DNA of 64,000 nt from a virus. Taxonomy: Duplodnaviria > Caudoviricetes. The notes under the pieces are model-generated. The model had not been told where the DNA came from, searched no databases, and saw nothing but the letters and a program-made list of their open reading frames with translations. The translations under genes and the position numbers were made by a program. The first letter of the stretch is position 1; each line of letters begins with the position of its first letter. The stretch lies in IMG/VR virus record IMGVR_UViG_2910903598_000004, positions 32,001-96,000 of that record; one strand, 5' to 3'. This document shows positions 37,901 through 46,314 of this stretch, piece by piece.

Positions 37901-39759
37901 AAATATTCATCTTTCATGACATACTCTTCGGTTTCTGGATCTAAAAAGATCTGTCCTTGAAGTTCTTCAATGATATCTTTCTCTGCTTTGTCATAAATAC
38001 TTTCCATAAAAGCAAAATCAATACATCCTTTTTCATTCAGTGAGCATAATAATGACTCCTGTGCTGTATTGACTTTATCTGGCACAGAATGAGGAACAAT
38101 AGTTCTTTTTGTGAATATATCTGCCTTGCTTTTTAGCTTATTGTTTTCATCCAGATTTTCCAAAGAACAAAGGAGGTAATAACTATCATCTTCCTGAAAT
38201 GCTAATTTATTCCCTCTACTATGGATCAGTCCAAATTTTTTTTGAAACTTATCATAAGTCATATTTAATTTCTTACGATATGGTTCAATCGATTCATCAC
38301 TAACATCTTGCATTTCTTTAGAAATCAATTCCTTTAATACATTTCTTAATTCGATCATGGCTGCAATTCTTTTTGCGACCATTCCTGTATCCGGAATTTT
38401 TTTCATCATGGAATTCTTTCGGTAATAAATATGATCATTGTAAATTCCATAGGACATGTTACTAATGGAATCTACTGCCGGAACATATTCTTCATCGTTA
38501 TTCTCAATTGTCTGACCTGGTTCATAAACATCTTTGAGATAACTTTCCAAATGAAAATTATCAATACATGCTTTCCAGTCCATACCTTCTTTTTCCTTAC
38601 ATACAAAGCGTTTTCCGTATGGTCCACTTTCTTCCATCATACGTCCTAACATATGATTAAGATGCGTGCCAAAATACATATTAGCTTCTTGTGCAATGTT
38701 TACCCATTCCGGTTCATCACCGACCGTCTGGTATCTTCTTTTCTGGAAAAATAAAATGTCTGTAGAAACCTTGGCTCCTGTCACTGCAAAAGCTGTTTCT
38801 GGAAGTCTGATGGCACATAAAAGATCAGCTTTTTTCGCTAACATCTTACGAATGCGGCTAGATTTCTTGTCCATTGTACCTTTTGTGGTTATCATAGCAA
38901 CAATTCCACCCGGTCGGGCAAGATCTAATGCTTTAAGAAAAAAGTAATCATGAATTAAGCATGAGCCGTACGTATTATCTGCTGCACTAAAATCGGAAAA
39001 TGGTACATTTCCAATGATCAGATCAAAATAATTGTCTGGCAGATCAGCTTTTTCAAATGCACAATTTTGAATATTGGCTTTCTGAAATAGCTGTTTTGCG
39101 ATATTACAGCTCGTTTCCTCTAACTCAACACCGTACAAGTTTGAATCTTGTAATGTATCTGGAAGCATCCGATAGAAATTTCCTGTTCCCATGCAAGGAT
39201 CAAGAATATTCAACTTCCCTTTGACTCCTATTTCAGATAGAATCTGATACATAAAGTTTATGATTTTTTCATTTGTATAATAGGATGTTAAGATTGAAGA
39301 CTTAATTCCCTTATATGTATTTTCTCCAACAAGGGTTTCTAACTGTACTTTCTTTTCCTCCACTTCGAAATATGAAGACAATCCACCCCATCCTTCATAG
39401 CTTGACAAGATGGTTTGCTGATCTTCATCAGCATAATCGTCCAACCCAAGTAACATTTTTAATGCTGCTAGATTGTTCTTCCATTTATCTTCCAAGCTCT
39501 TTGCGAACTGAATTGTTCTATGGAAGAAATTCTTTTTAGGCTTTTTTTCTTGTTTCTGTGTATCTTGTTCATCTGTAGAAAACAAGTCGAAAATAGATGT
39601 TTGCGTTCCTGTCTCTACTGCTGTTATGTCAGCTGCAGCAATGCCACCTTCAGAAACTGTAACATTTTCTTCCTCAGTTTTAGTATTTTCAATGACAGAA
39701 GAAAACATATCAAAAATAGACATTTGCCCTTCCATCTGTTTATTTTTCTTTCTTCTCAT
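34936..39759 (-). CDS. DarB-like N6-adenine DNA methyltransferase / SNF2-type helicase fusion
   Basis: ILDPCMGTGNF (motif I), IIGNVPF (motif IV), LGATWIP, HKVGYGKT, DEAH, TGTPVSNS, QRSGRIIRQGN. Confidence 0.92.
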   Translation of the reverse strand: MRRKKNKQMEGQMSIFDMFSSVIENTKTEEENVTVSEGGIAAADITAVETGTQTSIFDLFSTDEQDTQKQEKKPKKNFFHRTIQFAKSLEDKWKNNLAALKMLLGLDDYADEDQQTILSSYEGWGGLSSYFEVEEKKVQLETLVGENTYKGIKSSILTSYYTNEKIINFMYQILSEIGVKGKLNILDPCMGTGNFYRMLPDTLQDSNLYGVELEETSCNIAKQLFQKANIQNCAFEKADLPDNYFDLIIGNVPFSDFSAADNTYGSCLIHDYFFLKALDLARPGGIVAMITTKGTMDKKSSRIRKMLAKKADLLCAIRLPETAFAVTGAKVSTDILFFQKRRYQTVGDEPEWVNIAQEANMYFGTHLNHMLGRMMEESGPYGKRFVCKEKEGMDWKACIDNFHLESYLKDVYEPGQTIENNDEEYVPAVDSISNMSYGIYNDHIYYRKNSMMKKIPDTGMVAKRIAAMIELRNVLKELISKEMQDVSDESIEPYRKKLNMTYDKFQKKFGLIHSRGNKLAFQEDDSYYLLCSLENLDENNKLKSKADIFTKRTIVPHSVPDKVNTAQESLLCSLNEKGCIDFAFMESIYDKAEKDIIEELQGQIFLDPETEEYVMKDEYLSGNVRKKLEFAKCAAKQDKKYNINVAALEEAQPEPLKAAEIDAKLGATWIPAHYIEDFLVEVFDTPREYFNGNGMSVTYTKETDHWDIEWYRDSANQKAAVTYGTKRINGFLLLEKCLNLKDAKVYDTVCDENDNKKEVLNSKETTLAMGKQDEIREVFHSWIFKSYDRRCDLENIYNERFNSIRYRTFDGDFLKVPNMNSEIKLYKHQKDAIMRILFSKDNSLIGHKVGYGKTYTAIAAIMVAKRLKLSEKNLFVVPNPLVGQWGEEFMKLFPGANILVSSENDFTPAKRKEFCSKIATGSYDAIIIAQSQFQKIPISPEYQEKYIKAQIEELDKLLDSAEQNFTVRNIESSKKKLSVKLEKLQDSKRKDDVIYFDQLGVTKLIVDEAHYYKNLLLTTKMNNIAGINTSSNSKRAFDMFMKCQYMEENCRNKGIVFLTGTPVSNSMAEVYTMQRYLQLNTLKELGIDSFDSWASTFGETKTAMELAPEGTGYRARTRFTRFVGLAELLTIFKEVADIKVKDIKEMDVPNAVMETISIDASDEQKKYVDGLASRAARIRDGGVDPSEDNMLKVTNEGRKLALDQRLVGIEEENFNSKAKYCVNQVMDIYEKYPGKTQVIFLDLSTPKKGEFNVYDDVKAKLIERGIPEGEIAFIHSAKTNKQKVDLCKKVNEGVIRVLLGSTDKAGTGCNFQKKLIALHDLDCPWRPSDLTQRSGRIIRQGNFNKEVYIYRYVTKNTFDSYLWQTVENKQRYIGQILSEENIPRRMEEDDLTLSFAEIKAAACGNPLIKEQMELTQQVKRLKMQKNNFLNQYYELESYISKIAPNRIEQYKKNIENIEKDIEVAKKYHTGDFHIKVLDKYDSDTRAEANKIIHNIQPSYKNERKIASYQGFDIILDRKSVYSHQTMIIRGNYDYEFEFSGSTNIMYQIDKIIEYGILEELKTFKRRLEFESRKFVTAKTELNPDFPHESELIKKQARLSELNQKLSA

Positions 39760-39781
39760 AAATTTAAAGGTCCTTTCTTAT

Positions 39782-39835
39782 AAACAAAAAAAGGCCGCCG
39801 CATCTCTGATTCTTAATCATTAATGCGACGGCCTT
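39782..39835 (-). terminator. Long-stem intrinsic terminator directly before the DarB-like gene RBS
   Basis: AAGGCCGTCGCAT...ATGCGGCGGCCTTTTTTTGTTT then ATAAGAAAGGA. Confidence 0.75.
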
Positions 39836-39922
39836 CGTCTGAAATTCTATTATTATTTAGTTAAATTGTTATCTGAAATGTGAAAATGTAGAATTTCTCC
39901 TACATTCTACATAAAGTGTCGA

Positions 39923-40615
39923 TTATTTCCACTGAATCACAAATTTATCATCGGAATAATCTGTAGAAACTTCTCTCCAAAGACGTTCAAATTCTGAACA
40001 TACATAAGGGAAAAATTTAGAATCTGGTAACCGTTCAATTGTATCTTCATACATTTTTTTCAGTTCTCCATCTTCTTCTCCATATCCTTCTACTTTTCCA
40101 GATGTATTTACCTGTAAAAAGTCACAACCACTTGCGTCTGCTTCCATGATGAAGCGATTGATTGTCTGGTAGGCAAAATGATTTAACCATAAGTCTACTT
40201 CTTTTTTAGGATCTGTTTTTTTTGTTTCAGATTTTTTCACACTTTTTTCTTTTACTGCACTTTCAACTTCTGATGAATTATTAATAATCTCTTCTTCATT
40301 AGTTTCTACTGCTTCTTTTTTACTAGCCTTATTTTTGGATAAAAATGTATTAAATAAACTTACATTCCCTAACCCTAATAAAGAGTTAACTGGTCCTCCA
40401 GTTAAAAATAAGAAAACTAATAATACAATTTTCCATTTCTCTGCTCCTTCTTTTCCTTCATTTCGATATAAAATATAGGAAATTAATAAGTTGCATAAAA
40501 ATACTGAAAAGGATCCAATCATAAACACAATATCACCCAAAATAATTGCTTTTTGTAATGTTGTTGTTTGATTTTTAACCTTTAGTGTTGTTTCTTTCAT
40601 TGTTTGTTCTTTCAT
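39923..40615 (-). CDS. Membrane protein
   Basis: Two N-terminal hydrophobic segments. Confidence 0.7.
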   Translation of the reverse strand: MKEQTMKETTLKVKNQTTTLQKAIILGDIVFMIGSFSVFLCNLLISYILYRNEGKEGAEKWKIVLLVFLFLTGGPVNSLLGLGNVSLFNTFLSKNKASKKEAVETNEEEIINNSSEVESAVKEKSVKKSETKKTDPKKEVDLWLNHFAYQTINRFIMEADASGCDFLQVNTSGKVEGYGEEDGELKKMYEDTIERLPDSKFFPYVCSEFERLWREVSTDYSDDKFVIQWK

Positions 40616-40640
40616 TACTCATTCTCCTTAATATATATAA

Positions 40641-41495
40641 TTAATTATCTCCATTTTGCATAAAGTCATTTGGATCTGGTAAATTTCCATCTCCGTAAGG
40701 GTTATGAAACTCATCATCCTTCTCCGCTGCCATATTAAATGGATTTTCTTCCGGTGCAAGACCAGCAAACTCATTATTACTACTACTTGGCTGTTGATTT
40801 GATCTTTCAGAATTTTTTCTTCCAGAATTATTACTTCTTTGAGTTGAAGCATTTTTGCCAGTATTAGATTGTGAATTCTGCTGATTTGAATTTGATGTTC
40901 TATTGGATGAATTCCCTGCTGATTGCTGCTGATTTCCTTCTTGTGCCATTGGCATTGTAGCTCTTTTTTTAGGCGGTACACTTGTACTTGTTTCAGTTGT
41001 GTTCTGCCCTTGCATCTCAGAATGCTGTCCTCTATTAGAGTTTCTTGATTCCTGATTCTGAGGATTTGCATGGTTAGACTGCCTCTGCTGTCTTTTGCTT
41101 GAATTATTCTGATTTTGTTTCTGTGTATTTTGATTATTGTTCTGCTGATTTAGCTGATTCATTGGAATACATGTATTGGCCATGATTTGAAGCCCATACA
41201 CTTTTCCATCTTCTCTGTCATAATTATTTGGTCTAAGCTCTCCTGAAACTTGCACATAAGATCCTTTTTTAACCTTATTAACCAATTCCATTGCCGTTTT
41301 CCCATAATTGACACAATTAAGATAGATTTTTTCATGAACTAACTGCTTCTTTTCTTTGTCTGGATAATAATCTCTTCCTGTATAAATTTCAATACTATAA
41401 TATAAAATCGTTCTGTTTGGATTTTCTTTATTCTCTTTATAAGCTGGTTCACGATTTACAGTTCCTGACACTGTGATTATGTTTAAGTCTCTCAT
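40641..41495 (-). CDS. Divergent SSB-like OB-fold protein with long N/Q/S-rich tail
   Basis: LN.ITVSG.V.REP...YLNCV.YGK.A......KKGS.V.VSGELR...Y...DG. Confidence 0.8.
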   Translation of the reverse strand: MRDLNIITVSGTVNREPAYKENKENPNRTILYYSIEIYTGRDYYPDKEKKQLVHEKIYLNCVNYGKTAMELVNKVKKGSYVQVSGELRPNNYDREDGKVYGLQIMANTCIPMNQLNQQNNNQNTQKQNQNNSSKRQQRQSNHANPQNQESRNSNRGQHSEMQGQNTTETSTSVPPKKRATMPMAQEGNQQQSAGNSSNRTSNSNQQNSQSNTGKNASTQRSNNSGRKNSERSNQQPSSSNNEFAGLAPEENPFNMAAEKDDEFHNPYGDGNLPDPNDFMQNGDN

Positions 41496-41538
41496 TTTTT
41501 CTCTTCCTTCCTTTATAATACAATGCATAAACATTCAG

Positions 41539-41808
41539 TTATTGCACCTGAATGATAAGTTTTCCTTCTTTTCGTTGTGTTTTTCGGTATTTATTCTTAT
41601 ATACTTCACATAACTCCTCAGAGTATTCATTATATATGCGACAAGCTTCTTCAATAGTTTCTATGCTATGAAAGTTCTTACTTGTCGCCTGTGAAGATGT
41701 ATAGATCAAACACACATCATATGTTACAGATCCGTTATCCCATATACATTCTTCTAATTGTACTGTTCCTTCGGATAAGCTACGTTTTGCCACAACCTGT
41801 TTTGTCAT
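41539..41808 (-). CDS. Small hypothetical protein
   Basis: GAAAGGAG RBS before MTKQ. Confidence 0.65.
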   Translation of the reverse strand: MTKQVVAKRSLSEGTVQLEECIWDNGSVTYDVCLIYTSSQATSKNFHSIETIEEACRIYNEYSEELCEVYKNKYRKTQRKEGKLIIQVQ

Positions 41809-41828
41809 TTGATTTTTTTCTCCTTTCA

Positions 41829-41880
41829 TAAAGGCAATAAAAAAACAGACAGTAATTTTTCTGTCTGTTTTTTGCCTATA
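41829..41880 (-). terminator. CAGAC-core terminator-like hairpin abutting an RBS
   Basis: AGGCAAAAAACAGACAG..CTGTCTGTTTTTTTATTGCCT then TTATGAAAGGAG. Confidence 0.7.
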
Positions 41881-41903
41881 TCTTTTCTTTATTTAATATG
41901 TTT

Positions 41904-42317
41904 TTATACGTGTACTTTTTGATTTTTTTTGATCTGTTCAAGTCTTTCTTTTGAGATTTTCAAGTATTTTAGAATCATCTCATCGGAAGCACCCTCTTCA
42001 ATCATACCTAAAACAATCTCCATCTCTCTATCGTTACGTCCTTCTGTACGTCCTTCTATACGACCCTCTTGTAGAAGTTCTTGATATCGAATTTCCATTG
42101 CTTTCACATCTTGCCTCCATTTCTGATCAGACATTGCTTTTCGAAATTGAGCTTCGATCATCTTACTTAATTGTAAGCTGTCTTCTTTAATAATCGGCTT
42201 TTCCAAATATCTGAGAGCATCTTGCAATTCCTTGGATACGTTGTGATACACCAAACGGGCAACTAAAGTTGACCGCGGCTTCTTTACGAGGCAAATTACA
42301 CCTCGATGGAAATACAC
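41904..42317 (-). pseudogene. C-terminal part of an Rpn/PD-(D/E)XK-family protein; nuclease domain absent
   Basis: LQEGRIEGRTEGR...EIVLGMIEEG.S.E.I.K.L.IS.E.LE.I; internal GGAGG plus GTG at 42107. Confidence 0.6.
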
Positions 42318-42580
42318 GTTTCCATCTATTCCCTGTTACGGGAATTACTTTTCACTTATGCTGCCTTCTTTGCAGAATCATGCACATATTTCGACTTTCC
42401 AAAAAGTATCCGGTATTGAAGTCTGGTGTCCTTTCTGTAATAGCGTCTTGTTTTACTGGCAGAACTCAGTTCATGTTTTTTACCATTATATAATTCCTTC
42501 GTAAATCATAGTTTCTTTCTCCTAATTATAGCATATTGATAGTTGCTTTTGTACTGTGTACGTTGATTTTCTCCTTTCTC

Positions 42581-42737
42581 AAAATAAAAAAGGACATAAA
42601 AATAAGCAGATATAAAATATCTGCTAAATTTACGCCCTTTGGGTTGATAATGTTCTATTTTAATCGTTATTCTATAAAAAGTCCCAAGTATCCTAATACC
42701 GTCGGGAATCTAATAAAAATACAATAATATAATATCA
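42581..42737 (-). promoter_or_regulatory. Repeated promoter/structured leader, copy 7 of 8
   Basis: TGATATTAT; GTATTTTTATTAGATTCCCGA..TTGGGACTTTTT; AAAGGGCGTAAA..AGCAGATAT..ATATCTGCT..TTTATGTCCTTTTTT. Confidence 0.85.
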
Positions 42738-42781
42738 TAAATTATGTTAAATAACAACTGATAACTACAAACAACCGTGGA

Positions 42782-45526
42782 TTATTGCTTGCTGCTATAT
42801 AATATTGTATTTTTCAATTCCTTTTCTTTTTCAGTTACCACAGAAGTTTCATTGACTTTATATAAAACATCCTGCTTTGTTTGATTGATCTCTTCCTCAT
42901 TAATACCATCATCAATAAATCGCTCTCGGTAAGTATCAATAGAATTTACCGTTAACTTGTATAATTCTAAGGATGCAACAGTGTTTGAATTTCCTATTTC
43001 TAATAGATCCTTAAGGTTATTATAATATTTCTTATAAACTCCTTTATCTGTTCCTTCCTTTACATTTAATGTGATCTCTTGATTAAATTTTCCAATCTCA
43101 CAATAAATTTTGGCAATTCTATGATGCTTTGCTGTGCTTTTGTATTTCAAAGAATCTTCAAACCATTGAACAGCACTTTTCATTCTTGTGATTTCTTCAT
43201 TATTCATATCATCATATTCATAGTAATACCAATATGCCTTTCCAATTTCATAAGACAAGTTTCCATAGCCATCTCCTTTTTTTACCTTGTCCCAATTCTG
43301 ATGAATCGTTTTAAGATAAGCACTTTCTTCTTTAGAACTAAATACCGCGTCCTCTAAATATACATCTAGCAATTTTTCGTATGCTTTTGATTCCTTTGGT
43401 AATATATCAATTGCCTGATGCAACATCTTGATTTTTTCTTTTTGGTTTGTGCTGCGATCTACAACCTCTATAATATCATTATATTTATTTTTTTGATGAA
43501 TATTATGTATGAAGAATCCCCCGACTCCTATAACTAAAAGTACAGAGCTAATGATCGCAATACGTACACTCATTGGAATATTGATTTTAGGCATTATAAA
43601 TTTTCTTTCTTTTTTTACCTTGTATTCCGTCTTAATTGGTATAGTAGCTTCTTTCTTAATATCTGGTATAGAAGAATTCTGTTCTACAAAATCTTTTATT
43701 TCACTTTCATAGATTATATTTTCTTTCTCCTGAATTACTTTTTTTATCGAGGATGATTCTATTGGCATTTCCTTTTTATTTTCAAGAATTATCTCATTGT
43801 TAGAAACAGAAGCATTTTTTATATCTTCCCCATTTTCTTCTGCAATAATAGATGCTGGAATATCTGATAACTTTTCATCATGATTCGGTTCTTTAACAAT
43901 TTCCGTTTCCTGTATTGTATTAGTTTTTTGTCTCAGATTTTCATGATTTTCCTTCTGGTTATTTATTTTTTGATGATTCAGAATCTTATTATGTTCTGTT
44001 ATTTCTTTTTTGTTGGAACTATTCTCTTCTTTAGAACTCTTTTTCTTATTTTGCTCTAAATTCAAAGATTCCTTAGCATTAAGAACTTTTACTTCCTTTT
44101 TTACTGTTTTTTCATTATTCGCTTTTGGAAGTTTTATATTATTCCATGACCCTTTACTCGCAGAAGATATATTCTGAATTCTTTTTTCTTCCTGTTTATT
44201 GTGATCTTTAGGCTTCTGTGATCTAGGTTTTGGAATATGAGACTTTGGATGAATATCTTTTTCTTTAAATTTATCTTGTGGAATTATTTTTTTACTCTGT
44301 TCTTTCTCCTTTTCTATTTTTTCCATTTTACCTGATTGTGATTCAGTTTTAGATTTTGGTTTTATATTTTGCTCTTTTTTTTCAGATTCTAAACTTTCAA
44401 TATTCTTTTGACTGTTAATCTTCTCTTTCGACTTCTTAGATGAAATATGCTGCCTTTCTGATTTTTCTATTTTCGCATCTTTTTTATCTTCCGCTTCTTT
44501 TTGTTTCTTTGATGCGACTTCTGTTGATGATTCCTCTTGAAGATTTCTTTTCTTTTTTCCTTCTACTTCATCTGTTGCTAATGTTTTTTTCGTTTTAATC
44601 GCCAGTAACTCTTCTTCCGGCAGCAGGGTTTTTTCTTCATGTTCTGTTACATGATTTTCCAGAGTTTCTTCTTTTCCATACTTCTGTTTGGAATCCTTTA
44701 TTTCCAGCTTTTGTCTGTTTTCCTCTGAAACAATAGGTTTTGATAGTATCTCTGCAGTATTCTCCATATTTTCACGATTTATATCCTGTTTTATCTTATA
44801 AAATTCCAATTGTTCTGGATTTGGCATAAAACGTGTTAATGTATTTTTCTTCCTGCGTGGCGGCCGTAGACTTCGATCCTGTTGATATACTATCAGATCA
44901 GTTTCTTTATATTGCTGCAACGTTGTTGCAAATGCTTTAATACCTAATACCGTCTCTCCCTTTGCACATTTAAGTATTGTAGAGTTTAAGATATAAGAAA
45001 ATGATGGATCAATACTTCGAATATCATCTAACTGCTTTCTTCCTGTTACTAATTGATATAACACATAGGATAATTGTTTTGTAATAAAACCCTCATCGCA
45101 TTTTTTATACATTGAAAAGTTATACGCATTTTTAAATACCAGATTTTGATCTTTCGTAAAATATAATTGATTCATATCAATTTCTGGATAAAAATATCCA
45201 TTTGATAATGTCCACACCTGATAAATAGACAGACATAAATTTTTAATTGCATTTACCGCAAAATCAATGTCATATGGTATCGTATCTAAATGTGATCCTT
45301 CGAATTCTTTATATATAAAACATGCTTTATCTTCCCACTGAAATTGATTAATCAGACTTGGAAATCCGATAAGATCATAATTTTTAATACCCAACAAATC
45401 TAATTGTTCAGATATTGTCATAATATAATCATCTGCTGTTTCAAACATTGTATCTATTACAATAGCTGCATCTTTTCCATATGTCTTTAAAACCTCATAT
45501 TGCCCGATTTTTTGGCTTATTTGCAT
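42782..45526 (-). CDS. Membrane protein with degenerate Ser/Thr-kinase-like N-domain, long Lys/Glu-rich linker, one TM, helical C-domain
   Basis: IGQYEVLK..G, LYQLVTG, I.PSFS..L...ILKC; HRD/DFG not recognisable; TM IAIISSVLLVIGVGGFFI. Confidence 0.6.
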   Translation of the reverse strand: MQISQKIGQYEVLKTYGKDAAIVIDTMFETADDYIMTISEQLDLLGIKNYDLIGFPSLINQFQWEDKACFIYKEFEGSHLDTIPYDIDFAVNAIKNLCLSIYQVWTLSNGYFYPEIDMNQLYFTKDQNLVFKNAYNFSMYKKCDEGFITKQLSYVLYQLVTGRKQLDDIRSIDPSFSYILNSTILKCAKGETVLGIKAFATTLQQYKETDLIVYQQDRSLRPPRRKKNTLTRFMPNPEQLEFYKIKQDINRENMENTAEILSKPIVSEENRQKLEIKDSKQKYGKEETLENHVTEHEEKTLLPEEELLAIKTKKTLATDEVEGKKKRNLQEESSTEVASKKQKEAEDKKDAKIEKSERQHISSKKSKEKINSQKNIESLESEKKEQNIKPKSKTESQSGKMEKIEKEKEQSKKIIPQDKFKEKDIHPKSHIPKPRSQKPKDHNKQEEKRIQNISSASKGSWNNIKLPKANNEKTVKKEVKVLNAKESLNLEQNKKKSSKEENSSNKKEITEHNKILNHQKINNQKENHENLRQKTNTIQETEIVKEPNHDEKLSDIPASIIAEENGEDIKNASVSNNEIILENKKEMPIESSSIKKVIQEKENIIYESEIKDFVEQNSSIPDIKKEATIPIKTEYKVKKERKFIMPKINIPMSVRIAIISSVLLVIGVGGFFIHNIHQKNKYNDIIEVVDRSTNQKEKIKMLHQAIDILPKESKAYEKLLDVYLEDAVFSSKEESAYLKTIHQNWDKVKKGDGYGNLSYEIGKAYWYYYEYDDMNNEEITRMKSAVQWFEDSLKYKSTAKHHRIAKIYCEIGKFNQEITLNVKEGTDKGVYKKYYNNLKDLLEIGNSNTVASLELYKLTVNSIDTYRERFIDDGINEEEINQTKQDVLYKVNETSVVTEKEKELKNTILYSSKQ

Positions 45527-45633
45527 TTTCTTTCCCCTTTCTAACAAAACATCATCTTGGTATTGATGATGCTTTGTTATCTTTTTTCTTTTCGTGTAAA
45601 TTGCATATTTAACACATTCTATGCAATTTACAC

Positions 45634-46314
45634 TTATTTTTTATTTTTTTCAATTTGTACATCACTGTCATTACTCGTCACATTTTCTTCAAATCCATCT
45701 GATGATGTGATTGTAAATTCTCTATTCGGTACAAAAGGAATATCATACGTTGTATAATTATCATCCACTACACCATTACTCTTCTCTATGTAATCACTTG
45801 TAACTTCGATTCCATTAATGTACGTCGTAAGACTTTTTTCTGCTTTATACTTATAATTTGATACATAGATATCTGGCATATAGATTTTCCAATCATTATT
45901 CCTATCCTGAACAAGTATAATTTCATAATCCTCGGAATCTTCTGTTGTATACGTTAGTTTTCTTGTAGTTGCATTATTATTATCTGAATCATCAATTACC
46001 GTATTGTCTTTTTCCATATTGGTTAACACAATCTGCTTCTTTGACATTCCTACGATATCCTCAAGATTACTTCTTTCAATATACCAAGATACATCATCAT
46101 CTTTAATAAATGTGCTGTCTGGAATATAAATATATGACTTAATATCTTTGTAGTCCTCTTTTTGGACCTTTTTCACAAATTTATCAGACACTTTTTTTGC
46201 TTTCTTTTCCTGTATATTTTGAGGTGTATAAATTTCTTTACTTCCACTAGAACACCCTGTTAAAACTGTCATAATACCCATAACACATAAAAATAATACA
46301 ATTTTTTTCTTCAT
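45634..46314 (-). CDS. Lipoprotein
   Basis: Lipobox LTGC. Confidence 0.8.
   Translation of the reverse strand: MKKKIVLFLCVMGIMTVLTGCSSGSKEIYTPQNIQEKKAKKVSDKFVKKVQKEDYKDIKSYIYIPDSTFIKDDDVSWYIERSNLEDIVGMSKKQIVLTNMEKDNTVIDDSDNNNATTRKLTYTTEDSEDYEIILVQDRNNDWKIYMPDIYVSNYKYKAEKSLTTYINGIEVTSDYIEKSNGVVDDNYTTYDIPFVPNREFTITSSDGFEENVTSNDSDVQIEKNKK

Noticed and set aside
40628-41071. 147-aa alternative-frame ORF inside the SSB-like gene
   Set aside because: By-product of low-complexity N/Q/S codons; no RBS
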